64,000 nucleotides of DNA, taken from assembly GCA_030704615.1 (NCBI GenBank), contig CM060733.1:3286001-3350000 (forward strand), read 5' to 3'. The translations under genes and the position numbers were made by a program. Within the stretch, counting starts at the first letter, position 1. Every line of letters begins with the position of its first letter. The notes under the pieces are model-generated. The model saw nothing but the letters and a program-made list of their open reading frames with translations. It did no database searches and had not been told where the DNA came from. Below, piece by piece: positions 12,747-26,948 of the stretch. This DNA comes from Takakia lepidozioides (taxonomy: Eukaryota > Plantae > Bryophyta).

Positions 12747-15472
12747 GTGTTTCTGCTCGTTTGTGTCCAGACGACAACTCTTCCATCAGAAAGTTCACGC
12801 CCTCCTTCATCAAGCCTCAGAAGGTTGCAGCCACGGGAGCAGATTTGCAGCCCCGGTCTAAGCTTAAGGAGTCCCCCACATACAAGATGGAAAGCGGGAT
12901 CCCGCGACAAGTCTTATCTTAGCTCTAAGGAAGGTGTTTTGATTGACGTTGAAGGTAAAAAATTTGTATGGTGTTTCTTTTATCTTGCATGTGGGTTGTG
13001 GAAAAAAAATTATATAGTCTGGTGCGTAACTTTGTTAGATGAACTGGTATAGAGAGCTGGTGATACCAAGTCTGTATGGCCAAACACATGTTCCGTAATT
13101 ATGTCTCCTGTCCAAAACTCTTTTCACAGTTAAAAACGAAGCTCAAGTGAAGACAACCCCGCCAACTGGTTTTTCGGGAGCATTCTGTTTTCCTTTCATA
13201 ATGTGCACAAAGAAGTTACATATGATTCTGTTCATTTTGGACATGTCCCTGCCCTCGTAATTTGCATTTGGTGTGTTTCGAAGGCAATTGCTTACTGCTC
13301 TGCTTACTGCTATGTCACTTGGAATGATTACAGAGAGTCGTGAAGGTTCTGTCCTTTTCAAGTTCGGGCGGTTGGAGCAACTGCGGGCTCTGGATAAACT
13401 TCTTGGTTTTCTTTGCCGCGGAGATGAGGGCGTTCATGGCTGGACTGCTCGGGCATCCTCTAGTAACTCTTTAGTATCTAAACTTTATGAAATACTAGGT
13501 GTAGAGACACTTGTAGGGCGACTCAAAATCTCAGACTCTGTTCCGGCTTCCCTCAGATCTGACTTAGTGGGGAACTATGGTGAGGTTGGAACAGAGGAAA
13601 TGGTTATTCATATATTGGCAGCAGTGACCTCAGCGGGTGCAGTTGATTGTCTGCCTGGGTGCAATGCAGAGAGACTCTTCACACACTTCAAGGATGGGAC
13701 AGATGATGACTGGTGGGCAACATTTGATGGTGTGTTTGGACTTGCTGGTGATGGATGTGGAGGTGAAAGAGGCAGCAGGTCACTTGCTGGCCATCTACCA
13801 TATGGCTTTGTGTTCCAGCAGTCGGCAATGCCAAGGGAGGGTGACCTTGATGGTACAAGCCTTACAAAGAAGCTGGAGGGATCTGATGTAGGGGACTTTC
13901 ATCTGTTAAATTCTGGTCCTGTGCAAAGCCTGGGCATTGAAAGCATGGAGAATTTCAGCCAGAATGTGGATAGGCTCTCTCAGTTGGATTTGCAGTCATC
14001 AGTTCCGTTAGCCCGACAAAGTGATCTAGTTCCTCAAGTGGATGTGATGTCTGAAAGGGATCTGCCACAAATTGACATAACAACTCAGATGTATCTAGCC
14101 TCACAAACTGATATGACTTCCCAACTTAGTCTAGCTTCAGAAGCTGTTGGGGTACTGAGACTCTCATCTACAGAATTCAATTGGACTCGGTCTCTTTTAG
14201 GGATAGGGAACAAACAGCTAGAAAGGAGTTTGACAAGTTTCCTGTGGCTACCATGGGAGTCCGACGCATTGCAAGATTCAGTCCAGTTGAAGTTGTCCAA
14301 TACCTCATTGACTCCTGCTGCGAGTATGGCACTAGAGAGACGTGGAGCACCTGCCGTGTTTTCTTCTGTTGCGACCATGTAAGTTCCTAGATGTTTTTGT
14401 GGTGTTCTTTAACATATCGAGTACAGTAGGTCAGTAGGGTAACTCACAGTAACTCCCTATTACTCACCGTAATAGGGAGGGGAACTCCAAAACAAAAAGA
14501 GTTAAATGAAATGAAGGAGGATACAGAGTAAGGAAAGAGAACAGTGAAAGACAGTACGGTTCCTGTCCACCAAGAAACTAAGAGGATGTGAGATGGTTTT
14601 GTGACAGTGAACAAATTGTGAAATCATCTTCAATTCAAGAAAAGTTGGGAGAGAAGAAGAAGCGCAAGACTCTCAAGAATGGCCCCCAGGCTTCTAGGTG
14701 AGTCACTTTATCTGGGCTATTAAAACCATTTTGTTCATTTTCCTTCTGCAAGCGCTTGGTCCATTATTTTCTTTATCTGCTCATGCAATCTGCCTAGATA
14801 CTGCATTTGTGGTTGGGTTCAGCTAGAATGCACAGAATTGAATTTTCTCATCCCCTGCCCTACCTCAAATGCAAGGTAGACAGTGCAGGAAAAATGTTGT
14901 CGTATGGTTAAACCATACATACACCCTCACATTCTGTGTTCCTTGTCTTCAACAGGCGGCAACAGACGAAGGCCAGCAGCAGCTCCAAAGAGAGGACCTC
15001 TCGACAGTCGAAGGCCACTGGTGGTCGCAAAACTTCAACGAAATCAAGGAACCAGTATAGAACAAGTCCATTTGATTTCATGTTCTCTTCTCGCCCTGAA
15101 CACGTGAAATCTGGGGCTTTGTATCTGCTAGAAATGCAGAAAAGCTACTCCCAAGAGCTAGCAGGGGGATTGAATCAAATTGCTGTGGGACTGGCGGGGG
15201 GCGGTCTGGCAATGATTCTGCAGATCATTGCTCGCATGTTTTCCTTAAATCCCTCTTTTGATTATGCAAAGATTGCTATGCTGGTGAGAGGGCTTGCCCT
15301 CATATGGCTTGCAACAGCTGTCCATAGCCTCCGGAGGGTGCTTAATGCACTGCCCCAGGCTTGTTCACCTAAAGGCAAAGAGCAGGTGATGTGTGTCTCC
15401 AAGGAGTTGAGACATCTCACTGTGAGGGCAGTTACTTTGGTGGTTATCTGCCTTGTTGGGTGCGGGCTGTAA
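12747..15472 (+). CDS. Uncharacterised spliced host gene with C-terminal hydrophobic (probable transmembrane) helices
   Basis: Long ORFs 13273..14382 (ends at a GTAAGT donor) and 14936..15472 (hydrophobic segments IAVGLAGGGLAMILQII, IAMLVRGLALIWLA, AVTLVVICLVG). Start uncertain; family not recognised. Confidence 0.55.
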
Positions 15473-16958
15473 TTTATGTTATGATGGAGTTGCTCAAAGC
15501 TTGTCGGGGTGGTTGATGTAAAGACATCAGTAACAAGTGTGATCACTTATGTTATGCATTCGGTGCAGTTTGACAGCAATCTAGCTTTAAGGTGCTTGAT
15601 TCACTTGGTGTTTTCGGTAGTCAGGGCAACAATTGTGGCTTGCATAGAAAAATGCCTGTGAATTTGGACCTTGAACAATTTTGGTAGACATACTGCAAAA
15701 AATGTCAATAATTTTGACATGATGTGATGATGCACGTTGAATAAACCTCTAAAGGAATTGACCATGCTCTTATACCCAGCTTTGTCAGATATGTTTGTGG
15801 TCACGAGGAGAGACTAACCTGCTTGGACAGGATCGCACATGTCCGTGCATGATTGATCAATCCCATTCCCAAACATGAATATAGTGCCAAAGTATTATGC
15901 TCAAGTCAAGTTACCCATTTGAGTGATACTGCTGTCCTTGTAGCAACCAAAGCGTGGCATTTTCTCAATAATGAAACATCTTAGTTAGGTGTCAATTCAC
16001 TCTTTCAAAATTCTAGCCGTTGTTGACTGCTGTCGTTGCTTAGAAAGATTATTTGTGATGTCACTGGCATAGCATGACACTGCCACATACAAATAACCTC
16101 TCTTCTCATACTCAATATCAACTTCATGATGTTTAGAAACAGGTAGTAATGTAATAGTTTGAGTAGTTTGATGAGAATGAAGTTTCTAGACTTACCAAGA
16201 CATTGCAAAAGCCCTGGCAGCACCAGATCACATTTTCTGGTCACAAGATTATCACGCAAATATTTTTTTAAATCATGATAGTATCATGATCGCGTGGTCT
16301 TAACACTATGACACGAATATAGTTTGAACCCATGGAACTCCGGAAAAAGTGCCGTATTTGTTGGGTATATGTGGCATGGCAATTGGAGGAAGCTTCAGCC
16401 ATAAAAATAGAAAGTAAAAAAAAAATGGAGATAATAATATAGGGCTCATAATGATTGACATTGCCCATTATCTATTTAATCGTTCTAGGATGACATGAAA
16501 ATGAGGATCTATCAAAGAACTTTTAGAAAATCTCAAAAGAAAATGAGAGCTTCCGGTTATATTGTATTCAAATGGAGATTGCAAGATGAGCTATAATACT
16601 TTCCAAGAAAATGTTTGCATCTTCTTGATGTTTGGGACCTTACTCGGGAAGTGTATTACTTTCGATGCTAGAGATGTTACATGCATATGATTGTACTGAA
16701 GAGCATGTGCAGTGTTTGTAGAATATCCTTAGTCTTGTTGTTTTCGGTGACATAAAACCCTTTGAGTTTTTTCTCTTTGTTATTATCTGTTCCTTCCAGA
16801 GCATATTGGCACTCTTGGCCACGGCAGCGCACTACACGCCGGCGTAATGCACTTGTACGCGAGGGCGGTGCATTACACTCTAGCGTAATGCATTGCCGTA
16901 CCTTTTTTTGTTGCACGTGCTTTATGTAGGGGAGGGCCCCGAGTGGAGGGCCCCGAAT

Positions 16959-17037
16959 GGAGGGCATTCCTCGATATAAGGGCATTCCCTCGGGCTCCTG
17001 CCCTCGGGCAGTGCCCTTATATCGAGGAATGCCCTCC
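16959..17037. repeat. Perfect 26-bp inverted repeat (hairpin or collapsed TIR pair)
   Basis: GGAGGGCATTCCTCGATATAAGGGCA (16959-16984) and TGCCCTTATATCGAGGAATGCCCTCC (17012-17037). Confidence 0.9.
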
Positions 17038-18779
17038 CGTATACATCTGATATTTGTTTTAGAGTTCTTGAAATCAGGTCAAAAGATTGGTGCAGCCTTG
17101 GAAGTAATGGAGTTTACTAACTACATAAGTCACTCAATTTATGATATTGGAGGCACAATCAAGATGATGGGGCAAGTTCCTCAGGTGGAAACACCTTATG
17201 TGCTAAGCAAATCAGACTATCACATGCTAGAAAATTGGGTTGATACACCTGCCAATGTTCCATACTGGTTTTATTTTAGTAGGATTCTTAAGGGTGGCGG
17301 ATGCTTTAGAAAAGATCGATGTGAATTGGGTTGAGGATTTGAAAACGTCTAGAGACGTAGTTTGTAGTTTGAGGCTTAGTGGGCTAGAATGTAAGTTAAA
17401 AAGGAAAGAGGTAGATGAAGAAGGAGAGGGAGACGGGAGCGGGAGAGGGAGCAGATGAATCATGAGAAAGACTTCAAAGCAATCCAGGTCTGACCTTTCA
17501 TTTGGTCCGGATTCCATGTTTTTGTGTGATGTAGGGGAAAAGAGATTGTTGGTTTTTTTTCAGGTAAAAACATGAACTCATTTCAAGAAATGCCAAGCTT
17601 GGGACAGTCTCAACCCCCAAAAATTGTTTGTACACGGAAGAAAAGAAATTGTAGAAGAGGAAAAGGAAGCACTGTGAAAACTGGATGATTCTGGGAGTGA
17701 TGGTTACTTATGCCTCGTGGTATCAGCTTTGGAAATGACAATTACATGTCATTTTCAGAACGCCACTCCTTGCGTGCACCTGTAAGAGCACACACAAAGT
17801 GTGTGCTGTATGGGGTCGTTAATATGGATTCATGATTTTGTACTGGTGTGAAGGAGTTCTTTGACACGGTGAAAGAGATCATTAAAAAGAAGAACTGAGT
17901 TTTTGTTGGACATCTCTCTTAGGATGAGGAATCTCTACGATGAGATGAAGATAATGCAACTATAAGTGGAATCGTTGTTTACTCTATGATCTAACATACG
18001 AATTCGAAGAAAGGGTGATCAAATGCATGGTTGTGGATACTCCTAAGAAGAAATACATGTTGTTTTGACGTGTATGCATTGTTTCATTTTCCCCGTTCGA
18101 CGAAGATTCGAACATTAATTTTATCAACTTTATAACGATATGTCTAATTGTAGATATGCTAACTTCGACGAAGTTTTACGATATGGTTTGCCAAATGCCC
18201 CCCAAATTATACAAGTAACAGTACCATTTGTTGATCATTTTTTTTTATTTCTATATCAAATCATAAATTTGCGGCCTCTTATTTTGCAACCCAATGGAAG
18301 TCGCAACTAGTTGCAATTGTATGTTGTATTTTAATTAATTCTGGACTTTTGGCTTAAATCCGGACTAAACTTAATATATATTTGTATTAAATTTAATTGA
18401 AATATTAATAATATCATGGTGTAATGTGTGATTGAACTTTGTGAAGTTTCATGTGATGTCATACTTCTTTTCAAAATGTGTCATAGAAGAGGTCCATTTG
18501 ACATTGAAGTGCTCAATGTGAAGTAGCAGTATTGAACAATTCATTGAACGTCCACTTGGAAGTCGAATAAAGTAATATTCCATTGCAGGTCATCATGATA
18601 AACAAATGGGTCGCATCGAACATGGGCCAAACTCGTACTCTACCATACTCGATACAACTTGCTAGTAATTTTGATTGAATCTTCATATGAAGCACAATGT
18701 TCACATACCACGCCATTGGAATGAATCATGTTTTGGATGTGACAAGGGCAGTAAAATATTAGAATAGCATGAAACATTC

Positions 18780-20150
18780 GGAAGAGGTACTAGGGTAGTA
18801 CAATAAGGTTTGGGGTGTAACTAGGGTAGTACACTAAAGTTATTGGTTTATGGTAAGATTAATGGTTTAGGGGTGATGGTAAAGGTAGGGTTTTCGGTTT
18901 GTCAGGTTTAAGAACACTATTGGACAAACAAATGTGAAAGACTCACAGTCGCTAGAACTTGGTGTGTGTTAGAAGGATAAAAAATAAAAATAAAAATGGA
19001 GAAACAAATATTATGGAAGAGTCATTGGGCCGGAGAAGTATTTAGATTGAGGATTCGTCCTTGGAACCTGGTATTAAGATATATATGGTTATGGTATGGA
19101 TACTTCATTCCCATTTGCAAGGGAAGGGTAAGGGTTTAGACGTAACAATGGCGTAGGGTTTTGTTTAGGGTTCCCGACGAGGGTTTAGGGTTTGGGTTGA
19201 AGGCAGAAATGGTGAGCATACATGTCGGAAGACTCGCACTCGCTACAACTTAGTGTTGTTAGTAAGGTAGTACTAAGCAAAATAAAAATGAATAACCTAA
19301 TATTATGGAAGTGTAGTCATTGCATTGGACAAGTATTTAAATGAAAGACTCGTCCTTGGAACCTGGTATTAAGATACATAGAAAGCAAAGTTCGATAAAA
19401 AAGGTAAGTGCATGTCAATCCAAACCAAAGGCAAAACCTTGCGCAAGGTGAAGGGCGAAGAGATTTGAATAATCATAAATAGTTATGGTTATGGTATGGA
19501 TACTTCATTCCCAGTTGCACGGAAGGGTAGGGGTTTAGACGTAACAATGGCGTAGGGTTTTCCTTAGGGTTTTCGACGAGGGTTTAGGGCTTGGGTTGAA
19601 GGCAGAAATGGTGAGCATACATGCCGGAAGACTTGCACTCGCTACAACTTAGTGTGTGTTAGTATGGTACAAAATGTAAATTTGGTTACATTGAAGAGAT
19701 TTGGATAGCCAAAATGGTTATAATTATGGTATGGATAGTTGATTCCCATTTGCAAAGGGAAGGGAAAGGGTTCTGGGGTATTGGGTTAAGGGTAAATGTT
19801 TAGGGTTTTCTAGTAAGGGTTTAGGGTAAGGATTTAGGGTTTTTGTTTAAGTTACAAAATAGACAAACAAGAAGTCTTATGGAAAACTCTAGACTTCGCT
19901 AGAACTTAGTGTTGTTAGTAGGGTAATAGTAAGCAAAAAAAATGAATAACCTAATATTATGGACAAGTATTTAAATGAAAGACTCGTCGTTGGAACCTGG
20001 ACCTAGTATTAAGATGTAACATAGAAAGCAAATTGTAACATGCCTAAATGCATGTCAATCCAAAACAAAGAAAAAAACTAGCGCAAATGTGAAGGGAGAA
20101 GACATTTCAATAACCATAATGGTTATGGTTATGACTATGGTTATGGTATG
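18780..20150. repeat. Degenerate ~260-400-bp repeats rich in telomere-like TAGGGTT motifs
   Basis: TCGCTA(C/G)AACTT(A/G)GTG recurs at ~18950, 19240, 19640, 19897. GGAACCTGGTATTAAGAT and TATGGTATGGATACTTCATTCCCA also recur, with interspersed GGGTTTAGGG. Confidence 0.7.
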
Positions 20151-20899
20151 AATAGATTTGGAAAGTAAATGGCGTTATATAAGGACTTTTGGGAAGCGCC
20201 TGGAAACATGAGAGAGGATAAAAAGTCAGACCACCAAAAAAAAACTATGAGAAATAAAAATTGCTTAAAATTTGAACAACGGAAAAGGACATGTGAAATT
20301 CCCTCTTAAACCAGGGCCAAAGATGAGAAGTATGAAAATGAAATGAAATGAAAATTTGGTGCAGAAAAGTCGTAGAGGTTAGAGGGAAAATGGAGGAAAA
20401 CCTCATAGAAAAAACTTGAGGACTGGCAAATTGAAAAACTGTATATCAACAACGATTGAGTAAGGCTCTTCCTAGTGTGAGACTTCAGTGGGAGAATTGG
20501 TTATGCGAAAAGCAAGTCCAATGTTCCAGAGAAGGATTGGAAATGGGCTATTTTCTTCCGTTGTTAAAAACCTCTTTGACCGAATTTGAAGACTCCAGTG
20601 GTCGTGCCCACCCATTTTGTTCTTGTGATCTATATGTTATGTAGGCGAAACTCCCCCACAGGGTCATCATTGTTGACCAGGACGTACAGCAGGCCAGCAT
20701 CCAGCAAACCAGAAACAAAGGACGAGAACATCCACTAGACATTCGAGGTTCAGTGCGACATAAGAAGATAACAAAAATGATCCCCAAACGCAAACAAGAA
20801 GGGCCATATAGAGAAGAAAAATTTATTTCTTAAATCGAAATACTGGAGTTGACCTCAACAATATGTCCTTAGTCTGGAACTCGCTCGCACGACTCATTT

Positions 20900-23800
20900 T
20901 CTGATTGACGATTAGCCTCCTCCAAATTAGCGCGCGCCTTCACTTCGGCGGCAGTAATTCTCTTAGTGCTATTCCTTGTCGTATTTTTTCATGGAGACAT
21001 TGTCCACACAACATTGTTCACGTGGATCCATTGAAAAGGATCTGACGAGTTATACTCCCAAAGTTTTGACCAACAGTCCCTGTACCTTTCCAAGTCTGTT
21101 GGGTTACCACCTTTTCTCGGTCTCCACCACTCCACCTTCACCTTCTTAAAATTAGGATCCTCCCTTTCGCGGATCACGTCAGATATTGCCACCCCCATCC
21201 AGACCAGGCACGTACTTGGGTCATAAGGGCGAACGAGCACAAAAAAACCCTTTCTCAATATCCTTGAACGGATTCAGGGATATTCTTGGTCGCTCACACC
21301 TCGGGCCACAGTAAGGTTCTAGGATTTCATCCTCCTCTTCCACATCTGGCAATATATGTGGATGGATTCCATCTCTGTGATGATCTTGGACCAATTTGAT
21401 TTCGGCCAGAATCCCTCAAGAAGCTGAATATGGTCGGGAGCTTCTGGAATTGGCTTATCCAGCTCGGCGAGAATGTTTCCCCAGTACTGGTCGTATTGTT
21501 CCATTCGACCTCTGTAATGATCGTCAATCATCATTCATTTCGTCCAAAAATCCCTGTATTTTTTATTCCATTATTAATGAATGACTGTTTTTCGGAGGAG
21601 TCGTCCCCGACTCCCCAGATAGGTCTCCTTGGAATGGCGTTTGGGTCTCCTTCAGGGAGCTTCGGAGTCCCGTCAGGATTGGACTTCCACATCTTCACGC
21701 TATTGTTTGTTGGAAGCCAATCCGAATCAGTAGCAGACTTCTTGTACTTCATGACGGGCCAGCCCTCCGCATCCTTAAAAAAACGGAAGATATGCATCTC
21801 CGAAATCCCGACCAATGCCTCCTTTCCATCCAGAATACAGCCCTTGACAAAATTCTTGAAGTCGAGAACCTCCTGAATAATCTGTGGAATGAACTGTAGA
21901 TCTTGCGAGGTCATAAAAGACCTCATCAAATCCGAAAGAATGTAGGTGTTTCGTTCCTTCAGTTTCTTCGAAAGGTAGCTAAAAAACCCGTTGATGTCCT
22001 CATGCGACCATCAGGAACCCTAGCTGGATTTCTTCAAAAACATCTTTGGCGGTCAGGAGGGATAGAAAAGCAAGCATCCATCTGTTCTTATTGTCCTTCG
22101 CAGAGTTGTCCATTTGCAAGTACAGTCTTCTCGGAAGTAGACGAGCACCACGTTTGTCTTCCGGCCTGCAGGGTTTAAGAGCATCCAAACATCTCGATTT
22201 ATCTCTTAAAAGTGATTCGAAGAACTCGTTTTGAAGTCGGTAATCGAAAATGTTCCTGGACTTGCAACAGGTTGGCTTCTCCAGCTGGCGCAAGCAACGT
22301 GCCAAAGAACCAATTGTAAAGTTTGAATTTCCCTTCCAGAACTCAAGAGAATACTGACCGTAAGCTCTATCACAGTGTTCGTGCGTGACCATTCCCGTTA
22401 GTGAAACTGGAATTTGACCCAATCCAGAAATCATCTTATTTGGAGTCTGTAGCCTTGGAACAGCTGTTGTCGTGAATAATACAGAGAAACTCCTCCGGAA
22501 TCATAACAGACTCATTCCTCCAGCTATGGTACAGTCTTCTGCACGACTCTTGGTGCCTCAAATGTTTATCAAGTGCTCGTTTGTGTGTCACCTGTTCCGC
22601 ACTTCTCTTGACAGACTTTCTGATCAGGTCCTTGAACATCTCACACTCCGTACAGTTCGCAAATGTACTCGCAGTTTTACGAACCTCCACGTTAGGAAAA
22701 ATCCGACTCCGGATGCGGCTAACAGCCGACTGCGAGACTCCTTCCAACCCGAAAAGTCTGTTGGTCTGTTACAATAAGGCAGGGTCAGGAAAGGAACGTC
22801 CATTGGACAGTGGAGGTTCATGAAGCTAGAACCACAGTCGAAAGAGACAAAATCGAAGGGAGGATCATCCACATTGAATCAGAAAAATATTCCAGGAAAG
22901 AAATTGAAGAATGGAGATTTCATACCTTGTTGGACTCGTCTCGTATTCGCTTCCAGTTCATTTCAGGTGTTAAGACTCTCAAAGTATCCCTCCTTCCCTC
23001 CCAATGCATCTTGTCTTATGGGGCATAAGGTCAGTATTTCCGTTGACAATGGACATAATGTTACCCTCTGCTTGAAGCGTCCTTGGGCGTGGCCTCTTCA
23101 CTCCACGGTTCCCATGGAGACTTGACAACCAACCCTGTTTACTCAACTTTTTGTACTCCATGTATGTGGACCTGCCAATTCCAAGAATTATCCACCAAGC
23201 AGTCTCACATACATCCACACCCTTAATCGTAACGTATGCCCTGCGAGAGGTCCCTTCCACCATGTGAAGTCGTTTCGAAACATTCAGTCCGTGTTCTCTC
23301 CTCTCATCGAAAGTGGATCCCCAAAAAGAAGTACGGATAGCCAAAGTTTTTTGCCAATCGAAATATTGACAGCAGTGAAGTCTGCAACAAGGTTTGCTGC
23401 TCACGGACCGGACTTCCTCCAGAGTAAGATTCTTCATTCTTTTTTTGGAGTGTTCCAAATCTCAATCCCTCTTCTTTCTCGTAAAATGCCGATACGCCCC
23501 TTTCTTCACACTTGCCTCGTGATCTTCGTACAAGATACTGTCAGAGGATCTAATAAAATTCTCCAGATCATTTGAGAGTAGTTTCCCACTTTCCAAAAGT
23601 CGTGATTTTGTTAAAGGCCATTTTACAAGAGACATCAAAGATCTTGAACCTCCAGAAAGTATTCTGGTGACAAGAACTCCAACATCGTCCTCTCCCAGTT
23701 TGTCATTGAGGATCACCTCGTCCGGAATGCAGGCTTGAATCCCCCCCCCTCGAATAGTGCACCCCCATCATCACCCAACAGTACGCACTGCAAGTTTCTC

Positions 23801-25100
23801 CAGTTGATTCTTCCGAGTTCTCCGCTCGGATTCCCGGAACTCTTCGATGGTCTGCGGTTTGATTCATCCTCGTCGTCGTCAGAATTCTCGGCAGTATCTC
23901 TTGTCTCCGGCATAAAATCAGGATTCATGTCAGGCCCTCCTGGATACTCGTTATTCTCCGCAAGAACTTTGCCAACATTCCACATCACCGGGGTCCCAAT
24001 GGCCTCCTTCAAGGTGTCAGCATCCATATGTCCATAAGGAAGAGGACATAATGAGTGTGCTTCATCACAGGAGATGAGAACTACTGAAATGGTTGAGGAA
24101 GATAATTGTTGTCCATGACATGTCCCAACCCCGGAGACATTAAAGCAGTCCCCAGTGGCTACTGGAGATGAGGACCCGGGAAGAGTAAGAAACACTCTTT
24201 GACCCGTCTCTAAAATCATGATCACCGGAACCTCCACTGCACACGCGAGGTTCAAGAAACTGGAAACCCCTCCGTGACGACCTTACTGACAGTAATAAGC
24301 AGTATGAGTGAAGACTCTATTCAGAGATGAATCAATTCAATAAAAGGAAATACACTCGCGTATGAACGTTTCAGAGAAGTAGAATAGAAATGGAATTGTT
24401 GTTTGGTCTGGAACATGTCATTTGAAGATTGTGTCTAATTATATAACCTCCACTGTACAGTGGAGGTTAGATGAGATACAGAAAAAGTCGGATGGATGAA
24501 TATTAGTGGATGAACATGGTTACGTGGATGAATAATTGTAATGACGGATGGATGTGAGCATTGTCGCGACTGTCCAGTGGAGGTCCACGACTTCAGGTAT
24601 AACGAAATACATAAATCGGAGAGAATTGGACTGTAATTTCTAAACATGCAGATGACAAATAAGTAGATTTTCCTGTAGAGTATAGAAAACACATAGATGT
24701 CTTAACATTTTCTACGGGTGAAAATGCAGTTCACACGAGAGATTATGGAAATTCAGATAATTACACCTGCGATGGCCGCAGAGGTACTGGATGCTTAGAA
24801 AGGTGCAGTATGGGAAGCGAGGTGGGAGATGACCAGAGAGGTGCGGGGAACACAATCTGCAAGTGAGCGGTATGGAGATAGAAGTTTGAACAGTTTGCAC
24901 TCAGACCTTATATAGAGGTGGAAACCAGGTTGCCCGCTGGAACTCCTCCAATGGGATAGTGCGATACATTGTCTCCCAGATCGATTTCTGTCGCCGTTGA
25001 TATCCGGTATGGCCACAATCGAACGGTTCTGGATGGTGCAGGAGTGCATTCTTTGACCGATTTCGGAAAAGAGTGTCATTTACTGGTAGATCCCTATGTA
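20900..25100 (-). pseudogene. DUF7869/Sola-like DDD transposase pseudogene (element 1), several frameshifts, with N-terminal En/Spm TnpA-like domain
   Basis: Collinear fragments: PCCRLHCCQYF..VCETAWWIILGIGRST (22979-23458), FANCTECEMFK..IIHD (22436-22747), LYLQMDNSAKDNKN..FEEIQLGFLMV-(H)EDI (~21990-22434), HIFRFF..MKYK (21531-21929), beta-rich C-terminal domain (20989-21258). Confidence 0.75.
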
Positions 25101-25965
25101 ACAATTATGATGCCAGAAAGATAACGGCCGATAACGGTGGTTCAATGGTCTCGCACTCGTGCTTATAAAGCAGTTTGTATTTTGCATTCAATGTTGTCCA
25201 AGTGGATGATGGCCTGACGCCGATGACAAGGTGCAGCTATGACACTCAGCCGAGAATGTGGCAGGCGTAAATGAGTGACAGTGGAAATATTCCAAGCCTT
25301 AATCCGCCGAATGTAGACATGGTCAGGAGCAATTATTCCCAGCGACAAAACGCCGCAAGAGGATCTGGCTTGTACATTTCATTTATCGTCACGTGGGGGG
25401 TGTGGGAAATATCCCACGGGGTTATAATTGATGATCCTGTACAAGGGATCATTAACGTTATATTTTCTCGTTCATTCATCTAATTTTTCATTTCATCTAG
25501 TCATTCGTAAAATGGATGGATAGAATGAAAAGATGAATTGGATGATATTTGCATAGATGTTGGATGGAACACGCGCGACCGTTCGATTTCGAAAGGACGC
25601 GATGGTTCAGATCCTTTGCGACGGCACCATATAAGGGGTGTGGTCGTTCAGCCCACCCTTTCACCACTCCATTGTGTACGCGGAAGCGCTGCGGAAGTGG
25701 TAAGACCGAGCAGCGCTAGAAAAAAAAGAGTTTTGAAGAGCGGAGAGTGTGAAGAGCAAAGACTGTGTTGTGCATGGTGCCATGAGAGCTGAGAGAAGAG
25801 AGCGTGCAGTTCAGTGCAGCGTGAGAGTGCAGTGGAGGAAAGGAAGCAGACAGCGGATTCAAGTGCAGACAGGAGACGGGAAGGAAGCAGAGCGTAAGGG
25901 AGAGCGGAGCGGAGCGGTGGAAGCTTAAGGGTCAGGCGTTTCAGGTCAGCAACAGAGGCACCGAA

Positions 25966-26948
25966 ATGGCTCACGCATCTAGCAGGTAATGTTCTCGTTT
26001 ACGCATGTGGTTTGATGTCATTCTCTCTTGCTCGCTTGTCATTATCTCATTCTCTCTTTGTTCCGTTTGTTGATTTGCTTTTCTTTTTGTTTTGCTGTTG
26101 CTTTTGTTGGTCATCATCGCCCACGTCGCTGTTGTTTTGCTTCTCTTCCTCACTCGCTTTCGTTCCAGAGGTTATAGAGCACAATTTGATTCTTGCATGT
26201 CATGTTTCGTGAGTGTGTTGTCTTGCCTGATGCGGAGCATCTCTTTTCAATTCATGTGGTTCCAAAGCTGTTTCAATTAGTTTGAATTGATTAAAGTTGT
26301 TTAGGTGTTTCAATGCATTGCTGCTTCTCTGCTGGTGGTTTGTATGGTGGTTGGTATGGGTGGTTTGTGGTCCTGCTTTACTGGCGCTGCTGGATTATTA
26401 GGGTTATGGATTAGGGTTATGGCGGGTTAGGATCATGGTTTTTAGCGATTGTTTTTCCGAATTTCCGATATTTGATAACGGGTTTTTCTTCGGGGCTAGG
26501 CAACTCTAGTAGACTAGTCTTCGTAGACCACTAGACCTCTACTTGACCTCCATAAACTCCGACAGGACAAACCACACGAACCTCGCCTGCCCAGTGGAGG
26601 TTCCTGCGTGTTACTATGCCAAGGCACAACATAAGAATGTATTGAGATAGACTTATGTAGGTTCCTCCCCTGCGTTGATTTTTTGTTCTGTCAGTTTAAA
26701 AAGAACGGGAGTAGGAGTTCACACGGTGGCCAAAGATGGTTCTGAGACCGTTGTTGACATCTGTAAAAGGCCAAGGAGACAGAATCCAGTAAGCATCAAC
26801 GAAGCAGAAAACCAAGACGAATCACTGGTTGTATCGAAAACAAAAACCTTCAAGAAGAGATCTAAGAATCAAATATCAGATGTGGGCTTTGATGTGCGAA
26901 CCTTCATAAATCCGGGCACTGACGAATCAATGTTCGAGGGAGTTATTC
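25966..26948 (+). pseudogene. Putative small element-1 gene interrupted by an LTR
   Basis: ATG at 25966, donor AG|GTAATG at ~25986, acceptor TGTCAG| at 26694. Phases join to give MAHASSSLKRTGVG...; the frame runs into the LTR at 26949. Confidence 0.35.

Noticed and set aside
16830-16850. CACTAC as a CACTA-element terminus
   Set aside because: No matching TAGTG end or 3-bp TSD found, and no TnpD transposase in the window.
16957-17900. Short ORFs and coding-like remnants
   Set aside because: Too degraded to assign to any family.
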